From contig JAZGFI010000147.1 in assembly GCA_036479435.1 (NCBI GenBank), positions 1-64,000 on the forward strand: 64,000 nucleotides of DNA. Reading direction: 5' to 3'. The position numbers were made by a program, and so were the translations under genes. Source of the stretch: Planctomycetota bacterium. Lineage in GTDB: Bacteria; Planctomycetota; GCA-002687715; DRQF01. This document shows, piece by piece, positions 1 to 9,356 of this stretch (position 1 is the first letter of the stretch; the number at the start of each line of letters is the position of its first letter). Below the pieces are notes generated by a model. The model worked only from the letters and a program-made list of their open reading frames with translations. It was not told the origin of the DNA and did no database searches.

Positions 1-11
1 ATCAAGCATCG

Positions 12-74
12 TTCCCCCATGGGGGAAGCCGCCTACGGCGGCGAAGGAAGAGCCCTGCAAAGAGCTTCGCTCTT
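12..74. repeat. Cluster of three short hairpins/palindromes
   Basis: TTCCCCCATGGGGGAA (12-27), GCCGCC-TAC-GGCGGC (28-42), AAGAGC-TTC-GCTCTT (60-74). Confidence 0.5.
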
Positions 75-155
75 CACCGGGGCCCACCGACCTTAGATCA
101 GGGACAACTATTCTGACACCGGGGGGACGTCGGCCGTGGCCCCTAAGATAGAACA

Positions 156-1070
156 ATGGATCAACGACTGTATCACTCTTCAGGTGAGTTGGGGGCCGAC
201 CCCACCAAGCGATTGGCAGCCCGACCCGCCGAACACACGGTCATGATGGTGGCGCCGACTTTTTTCGAGCTGAAGTACGTCATCAATCCGCACATGGCGG
301 ACCCGTCTGGGAAACCCCATGAGGTCGATCCCCTTTTGGCGCGGGAGCAGTGGCGCAAGTTGCGCTTAGCTTACGAAGATCTCGGTTTTGAAGTGGAAGT
401 GGCACCCGGCCTACCGGGACTGCCGGACATGGTATTTGCGGCCAATCAGTCTTTTCCCTTTGCCGCTCCCGATGGCCAACGATGCGCTGTGATGTCTCGA
501 ATGCGAGCCGAAGAGCGGCGAGCCGAGGTCGAGCCCATCGCTTCTTTTTACCGGTCGCGAGGATTCAAGGTTTTTGACGCTCCCGCCCGTGCCGATGACG
601 AGTTCTTAGAAGGCGGTGGAGATCTGCTTTGGGTCCCCGGCCGGAATCTTGTGTTTGCGGGCTATGGCTTCAGGACGAGCTTGAGCCTACTTCAGTTTTT
701 GCCCGACTTGATCCACGCCCCGGTCGTGGCTTTGAAGCTTGTCGATCCGGATTTCTATCACCTCGATGTTGCCTTGTCATTTTTGAATCAGGACACCGCC
801 TTTTGGCACCCAGCGGCCTTTGATCCCGAAAGCCAGCAGATCCTGCGGGATTTGCTGCCAAACCTCATCGACCTCCCCGAGGATGAAGCCAGGGAGGCAT
901 TCGCCGGGAATGCTCATTGCCCCGACGGCCGTCATGTGCTGATCGACCCCGAAGCCGCGAAAACGATCGCCGTCATCCAAGATCTCGGGTTTACCCCCGT
1001 CGAGGTCGATACTTCCGAGTTTCGAAAGGCGGGCGGAAGCGTGTTTTGCCTGAAGACGATGCTGCCCTAA
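156..1070 (+). CDS. Amidinotransferase / dimethylarginine dimethylaminohydrolase (pentein) family protein
   Basis: Motifs YVINPHM, PDMVFAAN, EGGGD, FYHLDVA and C-terminal GGSVFC (catalytic Cys). Confidence 0.85.
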   Translation: MDQRLYHSSGELGADPTKRLAARPAEHTVMMVAPTFFELKYVINPHMADPSGKPHEVDPLLAREQWRKLRLAYEDLGFEVEVAPGLPGLPDMVFAANQSFPFAAPDGQRCAVMSRMRAEERRAEVEPIASFYRSRGFKVFDAPARADDEFLEGGGDLLWVPGRNLVFAGYGFRTSLSLLQFLPDLIHAPVVALKLVDPDFYHLDVALSFLNQDTAFWHPAAFDPESQQILRDLLPNLIDLPEDEAREAFAGNAHCPDGRHVLIDPEAAKTIAVIQDLGFTPVEVDTSEFRKAGGSVFCLKTMLP

Positions 1071-1212
1071 GGGGAGCGGTTCTCGAACGGAGGCCTGGCG
1101 AACGACTTAGAGCGAGTTTCGAACCGGCCTTTTTGGCGAGTTCGTGCCGCTATAGTCGTTGTAGGGCATCGGGCGCGGTGATAGCCTTCCGGGCCCCACG
1201 GAAGAGCAAATC

Positions 1213-3015
1213 ATGACTAACATTCGCAACATCGCCATCATTGCCCACGTCGACCACGGAAAGACGACTTTGGTCGATCGCATGATCGACTTCGCCGGCC
1301 TTTTTCGCGACAACCAAAAGATGGCCGAGTGCGTCCTCGACAGCAACGATCTTGAGCGTGAACGGGGAATTACGATTCTCTCGAAGAACATCTCGATCCA
1401 GTACGGCGACACCAAAATCAACATCATCGACACGCCTGGTCACTCCGATTTCGGTGGTGAGGTCGAACGCGTCCTGAAGATGGCCGACGGTGTCTTGCTG
1501 TTGGTGGATGCCTTTGAGGGGCCGATGCCGCAAACGCGTTTCGTGTTGCGAAAAGCCCTTGAACTCAATCTGAAACCGATCGTCGTGATCAACAAGATTG
1601 ATCGCCCCGATTGCCGGCCGGACGAAGTCCTTGACCTGGTTTTTGACCTCTTCGTGGCCCTTGATGCGAACGATGACCAACAGGACTTTCCCGTCATCTA
1701 CGCCTCTGGCCGCAGCGGTTATGCCCGCTACGAACACGAAGACGACAACGACGATTTCGTGCCCTTGATGGATACCATCGTCAAGCACATTCCTGCGCCG
1801 GCAGAAAGTCCTGATGACCCTTTCCAGATGCTGGTTTCGAGCGTCCAGTACAGCGAGTTCACGGGCCGCGTTGCGGTCGGACGTATTTTTGGCGGCACCG
1901 TCAAACTCAATCAACCGATAGCCCTCGTTCGGCCCGATGGCAGCAAGCTCAACGTCACCGCAAAGAAGGTGACGCTTTTTGAAGGTCTCGCGAGCCGCGA
2001 AGTTGAAAGCGCTTCGGCGGGTGATATCGCTGCTCTCGAAGGCATCGCAGAAGTAGAAATTGGTGACACTCTTTGCCACCCGGAACACGTTGCGATCATC
2101 GATTCGCCGCCGATTGAAGCGCCCACAATTTCGATGCTCTTCAGTGTCAATAGCAGCCCTTTTGCGGGTACTGAGGGCGATTTCGTGACTTCACGGCAGG
2201 TGAGGGCGCGCTTAGAACGTGAGCTCGAAAAAGACGTCGCGCTGCGGGTAGAGTCCACGGACCGAACCGAAACTTTCAAAGTTTCAGGCCGTGGCTTGCT
2301 TCACTTGGGCATCCTCATCGAGAACATGCGGCGCGAGGGCTACGAGTTCGCGGTTGGCAAACCCAGCGTCATCATGAAGGAAGTCGATGGCAAACGGCAT
2401 GAGCCCATGGAAACATTGGTTGTTGATTGTCCCGAAGAAGTCGCGGGGCGCGTGATTGAAGAAGTCGGAAAACGTCGCGGCGAGATGGGGGATATGAAGA
2501 TCCGTCACGGGCTGACGAGTCTTGAATTCCGCATCCCTTCGCGCGGTATTATCGGCTTGAAGACACGCTTGTTGAACTTGACGGCAGGCGAAGCGACCAT
2601 GAGTCACTTATTCGACTGCTACGAACCCCACAAAGGCCCGCTGCCGGGACGGGCCCTCGGGGTGATGGTGTCGGCGGCGGCGGGGCAAGCGGTAGCTTAT
2701 GCTCTGTTTAACCTGAAGGATCGCGGGCCATTCTTGGTCAAGCCGACCACCGCCGTGTACGTCGGAATGATCGTCGGCGAGCATTGCAAGGACAACGACC
2801 TCGACGTCAATATTTGCAAGGAAAAGAAGCTAACGAACATGCGCTCATCGGGCGCCGACAAGAAGTTGCTTTTATCTCCGCCCAAGATCCTCAGCCTCGA
2901 AGAAGCTCTTGAGTATATCGAAGAAGACGAGCTGGTCGAGGTGACGCCGCAGTCGGTCCGATTGCGAAAAATCGCCTTGGTCGCGAAGCGCCGCAAGAAA
3001 ACGCAGCCCGTCTAG
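1213..3015 (+). CDS. typA: Translational GTPase TypA/BipA
   Basis: [27 protein letters not shown]-terminal [10 protein letters not shown] and [18 protein letters not shown]; 600 aa. Confidence 0.97.
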   Translation: MTNIRNIAIIAHVDHGKTTLVDRMIDFAGLFRDNQKMAECVLDSNDLERERGITILSKNISIQYGDTKINIIDTPGHSDFGGEVERVLKMADGVLLLVDAFEGPMPQTRFVLRKALELNLKPIVVINKIDRPDCRPDEVLDLVFDLFVALDANDDQQDFPVIYASGRSGYARYEHEDDNDDFVPLMDTIVKHIPAPAESPDDPFQMLVSSVQYSEFTGRVAVGRIFGGTVKLNQPIALVRPDGSKLNVTAKKVTLFEGLASREVESASAGDIAALEGIAEVEIGDTLCHPEHVAIIDSPPIEAPTISMLFSVNSSPFAGTEGDFVTSRQVRARLERELEKDVALRVESTDRTETFKVSGRGLLHLGILIENMRREGYEFAVGKPSVIMKEVDGKRHEPMETLVVDCPEEVAGRVIEEVGKRRGEMGDMKIRHGLTSLEFRIPSRGIIGLKTRLLNLTAGEATMSHLFDCYEPHKGPLPGRALGVMVSAAAGQAVAYALFNLKDRGPFLVKPTTAVYVGMIVGEHCKDNDLDVNICKEKKLTNMRSSGADKKLLLSPPKILSLEEALEYIEEDELVEVTPQSVRLRKIALVAKRRKKTQPV

Positions 3016-4001
3016 GATCATTTAGGGCTTGGTGATCCATTCGTGTCCCCGAGTCGCCGTAGGCTCCTGAAGGTAGAGGGACGACCAAACTAGGCTATTC
3101 CCAGGTTGGGACCGGCTTGAGCAAAGTCCCACGATTCTCGTTCCCCCAAAATTGAGAGCGTCTGAGGCCAGCACTTTTGCTGACAAAAGTCCTTGAGGGC
3201 AGCCTAAGGCCATCGTTATAGAGGCACAGCCAGGGACCTCGGAATTCGAGTTTTTTGCGGCATCTGGTCGCAAGCCAGGCCCTGAGGGGCTGGATGAGGG
3301 CGAAATCCCCTCGATTCGAAGGTTGTCCTTCGGCCCATGTGGGGCCAAAGAACCCACCGAAAAGCCCTTTTGAGGCGCGAAAGCAAAGCGAGGGCGAAAA
3401 AGCACCCTCGAGTGGCGTTCATGGAACGTCTGGACTTCTCGCCGATGGCTACGCCCCGAGAGCAGGAAAGAGTAGACTCCAGTCATGGTCGCGAGCAAGG
3501 GCCCTGTGCCTTTTCGTAATTGCGACTGGACCCACGGAGATGTCCAAGACATCTGCCCCGAGGTCACCCGATTCCGCTCTCCCTAACACTGACTCTGGTA
3601 CACCGCTGGCGGCGTACCTCGCACGACTGGTTTGTTTTGATGCCGGTTTGGCTTTTTCGGCCAACAGGGTTGAATGCCCAGCGGCGGCACGGCAGCAATG
3701 ATGTTGTGCAGCTCGGTTTGGAGTGCGCTCGGCAATTTGATTTTTGCGAGTTCAGAATTTGACTCGCTTGGAATGGACCCCCAAAAAAACGGGGTGCCGT
3801 ACCTCTCGTCACCAGGAATGGTGAAGTCGGTTTTGATCTGACGATTGAAATCGGCGAATGGACCGAATGCGTTCGCGGCTCAGGATAAAGAGGCATCGCG
3901 AAGCTATTCGACCACTCTCCTGACGAAGAACCCTCCGTGCCATTATTCGGGCGGCGGCGACATGAGTCACGAAGAGATTCTCTTATGGATCGAGGAATTT
4001 A

Positions 4002-5765
4002 ATGCAGGAAAACGACCGGAGCCACGGTCGCGAACCACGACGTCAGCGTGCAAGCGAAGGATTTAGCCAGCGCGACGACGATCGAGGAGAAGAGCGTCAA
4101 GAAAAGCGAGACGGCGGCCCAAGTCGAAGCCGCCGCCGCAGTCCGAGCCGCGGCTCGCGTGACGGCGGGCGAAGCCGCCCCGACGAAAGTCGCGAAAGAA
4201 CGCGCGATGACCACCGCGATCGTCCGAGAGACGATGACCGTGGTCGTTCGCGAGATGACAACCGCGACCGTCCGAGGGACGACAATCGGGATCGTCCGCG
4301 AGATGACAACCGCGATCGTCCGAGGGACGACAATCGGGATCGTCCGCGAGATGACAACCGCGATCGTCCGAGAGACGATGATCGTGGTCGTTCGCGAGAT
4401 GACAACCGCGACCGTCCGAGGGACGACAATCGGGATCGTTCGAGAGATGACAACCGCGACCGTCCGAGAGACGATGATCGCGGTCGTTCGCGAAACGACA
4501 ACCGCGACCGAGGCCGCGGACGCGGCTCCTCCGATCGCAATCAGGGCGGTGGCCAGGGCGGACAACGTTCTTCGCGCCCACCGCGCCGCCGTCGCAGCCG
4601 CGGGCCCCGCCACGAAGAATTCGACCCGATCGCCCTCGCCGATCGCGAAACGGAAGTTCGCGAGGGCTTGCTAGAGGTGATGTCCGAAGGGTTCGGATTC
4701 TTGCGCTTCGCCGACCATTACTACCGGCCCCATGATGGTGACGTGCACGTTGCTGCCAGTTTGATTCGCAAATTTGACATCAGACCTGGCTCCATGGTGA
4801 AAGGTGATGTCGCAGCACCCGCTAAGCGCGGCCAAAAGCCCACTTTGGTGCAAGTACAGACGATCAATGGCAAAGATCCTGAACTTCACCGAGTAGAAAT
4901 GCCCTTCAAAGATCTCACGGCTTGCGACCCCGATGAGCGTCTTATTCTTGAGGTCGAAGGCGAACCTGATCCCTCGATGCGGATCATCGATCTGCTGACG
5001 CCAATTGGCAGGGGGCAGCGGGCTCTTATCGTGGCCCCGCCGCGCACCGGTAAAACGGTCATCATGCAAAAGATGGCCAATGCGATCGCTCACAATCACC
5101 CCGAGATCGTGATCATTGTGTTGCTCATTGATGAGCGTCCCGAAGAAGTCACGGATATGAAACGCAATACGAAGGCTGAGGTCATCGCATCGTGTTTGGA
5201 TGAAGGCACGGCCAATCACGTCCGCGTGACAGAGAGTGTCCTGGTCAAAGTTAAGCGACTGGTCGAGGCGGGCGTTGATGTCGTTTGTTTACTCGACTCG
5301 ATCACGCGATTGGGTCGCGCTTACAACAACGAAACCAAACACAGTGGCCGAATTTTATCCGGTGGTGTTGACGCGAAGACGCTCGCAAAGCCCAAGGCCT
5401 TCTTTGGCGCGGCGCGGAATATCGAAAATGGCGGGAGCTTGACGATTATTGCGACGGCGTTGATTGATACCGGAAGTCGCATGGATCAAGTGATTTTCGA
5501 GGAGTTTAAGGGCACCGGTAACATGGAGTTGGTGTTGTCGCGCCAGCTGGCTAACAACCGGACCTACCCGGCCATCGACGTTGCATCGTCGGGTACTCGC
5601 AAAGAAGAGAAGCTCTTCGATGCGGATGATCACAAAAAGATCAACGTCTTGCGGCGCGTGCTCAATCAGCTGCCCCCGACCGAAGCCATGCGCTTACTCA
5701 TCGAACGCATGGAGAAAACGGGAAGCAACGCCGAGTTCTTGTCGAGCTTTGACCCCGCGGGATAG
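4002..5765 (+). CDS. rho: Transcription termination factor Rho with long Arg/Asp-rich N-terminal disordered region
   Basis: GFGFLR RNA-binding motif, PIGRGQRALIVAPPRTGKT, IDERPEEVTD, LDSITRLGRAYN, FEEFKGTGNMEL. Confidence 0.97.
   Translation: MQENDRSHGREPRRQRASEGFSQRDDDRGEERQEKRDGGPSRSRRRSPSRGSRDGGRSRPDESRERTRDDHRDRPRDDDRGRSRDDNRDRPRDDNRDRPRDDNRDRPRDDNRDRPRDDNRDRPRDDDRGRSRDDNRDRPRDDNRDRSRDDNRDRPRDDDRGRSRNDNRDRGRGRGSSDRNQGGGQGGQRSSRPPRRRRSRGPRHEEFDPIALADRETEVREGLLEVMSEGFGFLRFADHYYRPHDGDVHVAASLIRKFDIRPGSMVKGDVAAPAKRGQKPTLVQVQTINGKDPELHRVEMPFKDLTACDPDERLILEVEGEPDPSMRIIDLLTPIGRGQRALIVAPPRTGKTVIMQKMANAIAHNHPEIVIIVLLIDERPEEVTDMKRNTKAEVIASCLDEGTANHVRVTESVLVKVKRLVEAGVDVVCLLDSITRLGRAYNNETKHSGRILSGGVDAKTLAKPKAFFGAARNIENGGSLTIIATALIDTGSRMDQVIFEEFKGTGNMELVLSRQLANNRTYPAIDVASSGTRKEEKLFDADDHKKINVLRRVLNQLPPTEAMRLLIERMEKTGSNAEFLSSFDPAG
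4203..4514 (+). repeat. Coding tandem repeat, 13 x 24 nt (RDDNRDRP / RDDDRGRS) within rho
   Basis: Contiguous units such as CGAGATGACAACCGCGATCGTCCG with no spacers. Confidence 0.95.
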
Positions 5766-5789
5766 CCCTGATCAGGAACTCTCGTCAGG

Positions 5790-5844
5790 GCGGGGCTGAA
5801 ATGACTTTTGAGCCGCTGGGCTCAAAGGGCCATTTCAGCCCCGC
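5790..5844. terminator. Long inverted repeat downstream of rho, between convergent rho and rpmH
   Basis: GCGGGGCTGAAATG-ACTTTTGAGCC-gctg-GGCTCAAAGGGC-CATTTCAGCCCCGC. There is no clear U-tract. Confidence 0.5.
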
Positions 5845-5882
5845 GTCCCTAGATCTCAGATCGGCTCTATTGTTGATGCCAT

Positions 5883-5919
5883 AAAAAACCGGCCCTTGCA
5901 GCATGCTGCTAGGGCCGGT
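5883..5919 (-). terminator. Intrinsic terminator of rpmH
   Basis: The minus strand reads ACCGGCCCTAGCAGCATGCTGCAAGGGCCGG-TTTTTT, about 20 nt after the rpmH stop. Confidence 0.8.
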
Positions 5920-5938
5920 CTCTTGTCAGTTTTCGCGC

Positions 5939-6076
5939 TTAGTTCTTGGGGCTGAGCTTTTTCCCGATGCGGCGGCGGCGGCGGATAATGGCGCGGCCAC
6001 CACGAGTTTTCATGCGGGTGCGAAAGCCCACCATCTTTGAGCGTTTGCGGGCACTGTTACGAATTCGCAGCTTCAT
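5939..6076 (-). CDS. rpmH: 50S ribosomal protein L34 (not in the ORF track, 45 aa)
   Basis: Manual translation gives MKLRIRNSARKRSKMVGFRTRMKTRGGRAIIRRRRRIGKKLSPKN, with the L34 signature GFRxRMxTxxGR. Confidence 0.92.
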   Translation of the reverse strand: MKLRIRNSARKRSKMVGFRTRMKTRGGRAIIRRRRRIGKKLSPKN

Positions 6077-6528
6077 GGCGATTTTTCCTTATACATCCGC
6101 GCGGTCTAAACCGCGGTGCGGGCGGGAGTATAGCAGGGCACTGAAGGCGATCAACCGCTTTGAATGGACCGGACCCAGCCAGCCGGAGCAGCCCAAATGA
6201 GCCCTCAGAATCGCCGCAAGCTGATCTAAGTAAGGTGAAGCAAAGGCGTTCCGCGGCCTGGCTAAATCTATATATCTTAAGTGAGTATTTTTGTCCTAAA
6301 TGCTAAAGTCGCAGGCTGATTCGAGTGAGTGAAAGTCGATTCCCATGCGCCTGAAAAGTATTGCCCTCCTGTTGCTGCTGATCGGCTGCCTCACCATTTG
6401 GTTTGGCACTCGCCTTATCTGACCTCAAGTCAAGCTCGCCCCAGCCCCGAATTTGCGTTTTTCCCTTTACCTTTCCGCCTCACCCGCGTCTCCTCCATGG
6501 AGCCCCGCGACAGAGGAGTTGGACCCGG

Positions 6529-7107
6529 ATGGCCAGCGCGCGCAAAAATCGAACCGCGATAGGAGCCCTGGGAGCTTGTGGCCCCGAGGGAGGCAGAGAT
6601 GCTCACCGTCTCGATGCTCTGATCAATCTGCACGCCCGCGAAATACAGCTCTTTCTCTACAAACTCTGTGGAGACCACCACGATGCCGAGGAGCTGGCGC
6701 AAGATGTCTTTGTCAAGGCCTTTCGCCGGCTTGAGAGCCTTCGCGAGCCCGCCGCGGCACGTCGTTGGCTCTACGCCATCGCCGTCAATCATTTCAATGA
6801 CTGGTTGAAGCCGCAGCGCCGTCGTTTTCTTAGAGCTCAGTCCTCCTTGGAATCGCGCGATGTCGCCGCAGCGATTTCGGAAAAGCCGGTCAAAGAAACC
6901 TTGGCGCGCGAGTTAAGCGATACGCTGATGTCTTGCGTTCAAGACTTGCCAAATCGTCAGCGCGTCGTGCTCTTAATGTACTCAGCCAAAGGATTCGGAT
7001 ACGCCGAGATAGGAGAGGCTCTCGGAATTACGGCCGATGCGGTCAAGATGAGTCTCTTTTATGCTCGCGAGAAGTTGCGTGGCCAGATCGAAAAGCTAGT
7101 GGACTGA
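6529..7107 (+). CDS. ECF RNA polymerase sigma-70 family factor
   Basis: Region 2 DAEELAQDVFVKAF...WLYAIAVN; region 4 LPNRQR...YAEIGEALGITADAVKMSLFYAREKL. The ATG at 6529 follows GAGGAG. Confidence 0.92.
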   Translation: MASARKNRTAIGALGACGPEGGRDAHRLDALINLHAREIQLFLYKLCGDHHDAEELAQDVFVKAFRRLESLREPAAARRWLYAIAVNHFNDWLKPQRRRFLRAQSSLESRDVAAAISEKPVKETLARELSDTLMSCVQDLPNRQRVVLLMYSAKGFGYAEIGEALGITADAVKMSLFYAREKLRGQIEKLVD

Positions 7108-7113
7108 TTCTGA

Positions 7114-8712
7114 ATGCTCCGTTGTCCCGACCAACCGACGCTCTACTCCTACCTTGATGGCGAAGTCTCCCCAGACTTGTTTCATCTGTTGGATGTGCAT
7201 GCGCGAAGCTGTAACTCCTGCCGGCAGCGTCTTGAAGATCTTTCGCGAGTGCAGGGTCTTTTGTTTGAGCGGCCGCGCACCATCGAACCCGTTCACTTCA
7301 ACGACAAATTCAAAGAGCGCCTTTTGCACCGCCTCTCAACTGGCGACGAAATACGGCGCTCGATTCGGCGGTCTCGATACTATCGAATGGGCCCTTCGGC
7401 AACTGCGGCTGCGGCCGTCGTGTTCTTGGCGCTTGGGGCGCTGATCTACAGCCTTTGGGTTGACCCCGTGCTTAATCCGGGCCATCACTCGTCGAGTTCA
7501 TCGTTTGGACGCGGGACGGTGGCCCTCGCCGATGCCGACGAACCGGGCGCCGCTGGGTTCGCAGAGTTGAAGGCAGCGCTTTGGCCCAACCGCAGTGTCT
7601 TGAGCCTTAAGGCTGCGACTGAGTTTGAGGGCTACAAGCGACTGTTCTCGGGTTCTCGAATGGCGATGATGACCATGATCGCGCATCTTTTGGATGCTCA
7701 CTCGCCCGGGCTGCGGCAAGCAGCCGTGCAACTGTTGGGTCGAAGGAGTGAGCGGTCAAGCTCCGAGTGTTTGCGACGATTTTTCGAAAGAGACGAGTTA
7801 GCGCAGGATGAGCGTAACGAAGCTCTCTTGGCTTACGTCGGGCGTCGCGGACTAAAGAATGTTTCGGCGGTGTTGCAGGAACTTGAGCGCGGCTACGCAC
7901 CCGACGAAGCGGCCGTGATCCTGAGAAAATTGGAAACTCCACGGGGTTGGCGTGCCTTGCGCAAACTGGCGAAAAAGTCTCGGGGGGATTCCCTGCGAGA
8001 TGTTTTGTCCATCGTTGCTGACAGCTCGCGTCACGAAGCTGATGATCTCCTTCGTCAAGCGTATCTGGAAGGCTCGCAGTCACAGTTCCTCATTGAGTTC
8101 TTGTCGAAAAGAAACTCGACCGCCCCTTGGGCCCGAGCTCTGTTGCGTGGGCGTCGCGGTAGCGGGAAGGAGATCCAAGGGCTCATTAGGCTTCTAGGAA
8201 GTTTGCGCGATGAAAAGAGCATCGAGCTCATTGTTCGACGCCTTGATCAAAACCTGCTTTTCGATGAATGCGTCAAAGCGCTGGCGCGAATTGGAAGTCC
8301 CGGTGCGCTGGATGTGCTTGTCAACCGAATCGACATGGGTCCGAAACGAAGCCCCGATCTTGCCGATGACCGCATGGCTGGTGTTCTCAAGGGGATCTTG
8401 AGTTTGCGCGGCGGTCGTGATGTCGATTTGTTTTTGTCGCGAGCCACGGCCGAGCGGGGGCTGAAGGGGCGGCGCTATCTTGTCGCCGCTGGCTGGGCTG
8501 GAGGCGGCATCCATATCCCGGCGCTTGAGAAACTAGCCGAACGTGACCGCTACGAGGCCGTCGCGGTGGAGGCGATTGCCCAGATTGGTGAGCATCGATC
8601 CGAAGATCGCGAGCTATCCCGTGAGGCCCTGGTGCGGCTGAGCGAAAACCGCGATCCCAGCCTCCGTAAGACCGCCCGAAGGCGCTTGCGTCGGGACCAT
8701 CGAAAAAGGTAG
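7114..8712 (+). CDS. Zinc-finger (ZAS/zf-HC2) anti-sigma factor with TM helix and HEAT-like repeats
   Basis: N-terminal C...LYSYLDGE...HARSCNSC; one hydrophobic helix near aa 97-117; C-terminal HEAT-like units (ALARIGSPGALDVL). It lies directly after the ECF gene. Confidence 0.8.
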   Translation: MLRCPDQPTLYSYLDGEVSPDLFHLLDVHARSCNSCRQRLEDLSRVQGLLFERPRTIEPVHFNDKFKERLLHRLSTGDEIRRSIRRSRYYRMGPSATAAAAVVFLALGALIYSLWVDPVLNPGHHSSSSSFGRGTVALADADEPGAAGFAELKAALWPNRSVLSLKAATEFEGYKRLFSGSRMAMMTMIAHLLDAHSPGLRQAAVQLLGRRSERSSSECLRRFFERDELAQDERNEALLAYVGRRGLKNVSAVLQELERGYAPDEAAVILRKLETPRGWRALRKLAKKSRGDSLRDVLSIVADSSRHEADDLLRQAYLEGSQSQFLIEFLSKRNSTAPWARALLRGRRGSGKEIQGLIRLLGSLRDEKSIELIVRRLDQNLLFDECVKALARIGSPGALDVLVNRIDMGPKRSPDLADDRMAGVLKGILSLRGGRDVDLFLSRATAERGLKGRRYLVAAGWAGGGIHIPALEKLAERDRYEAVAVEAIAQIGEHRSEDRELSREALVRLSENRDPSLRKTARRRLRRDHRKR

Positions 8713-8790
8713 GTCCGACACGGCGTCGGAGAATCAAAGCCCGGCCACGAAATATCTCCAATTAGACGCGTATGCGCTATCATATGCTCG

Positions 8791-9192
8791 GTGAGCACTG
8801 TGGAGCCCTTGTCAATGACCAGCCAACTGGACGATTCTGCGGCGCTGCCCTGCGCTCACTGCCGGGTCGAGTTTGCGCGGCCGGAGCTCATTGCCGTCGC
8901 CGAGTATCCCCTTTGCAAGCCCTGTCTGGAGACCCTGGCCCGAGATCTCCCCGCTTTGCGGCCGGCGAAGAAGCAGCGTTTCTACAAGATTCGTAAGGGC
9001 AAGGAGATCGAGGGCGTCTGTGGCGGGCTTGCCGATGCCTTCAACATGGATCGAGACAATGTTCGGGTGCTCTCAGCACTGCTGATCGTCCTTACCGGCA
9101 TCGTGCCCGGCCTGGTTGTCTATGTGGTCTTGGCTTTCATTCTCCCGCTCGATCCCTCTGAGTCGGTGCCCGAGCCAACAAAGACCTCCTGA
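8791..9192 (+). CDS. PspC-domain membrane protein with N-terminal CxxC-CxxC zinc finger
   Basis: CAHC...CKPC, then the PspC motif IEGVCGGLADAFNMD..VRV and a hydrophobic C-terminal part. Confidence 0.8.
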   Translation: MSTVEPLSMTSQLDDSAALPCAHCRVEFARPELIAVAEYPLCKPCLETLARDLPALRPAKKQRFYKIRKGKEIEGVCGGLADAFNMDRDNVRVLSALLIVLTGIVPGLVVYVVLAFILPLDPSESVPEPTKTS

Positions 9193-9356
9193 GCGAATAC
9201 CCACATCAGGCATTTGAACCTAATTCTCGACGTTTTCTTAAGTTCTGAGCCACAGGGGCCTGTTGCCCAAGCCCTTTGAAGGGTGTTTCGGCGGACGGAA
9301 GTGCTTTGATAAGCTCCCTCGTCCCCCGGATTTGTCGCTTGGATAGAGATTTCACC

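Noticed and set aside
12..74. Guanidine-II riboswitch ahead of the amidinotransferase-family gene
   Set aside because: The hairpin loops are not twin ACGR tetraloops.
3119..3130. GAGCAAAGTCC as the RNase P RNA 5' motif
   Set aside because: It mismatches GAGGAAAGTCC, and there is no matching 3' P4 strand downstream.
4203..4514. Repeat array as a possible CRISPR
   Set aside because: The units are contiguous, in frame within rho and have no unique spacers. No cas genes are present.
3999..4674. Overlapping repetitive ORFs in other frames or strands (3999-4613, 4048-4674, 4063-4581, 4097-4540)
   Set aside because: They are shadows of the stop-free rho repeat.
6080..6400. oriC next to rpmH (AT-rich patch at about 6260-6310)
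   Set aside because: I found no dnaA/dnaN and no TTATCCACA-type box cluster. It is more simply a divergent promoter region.
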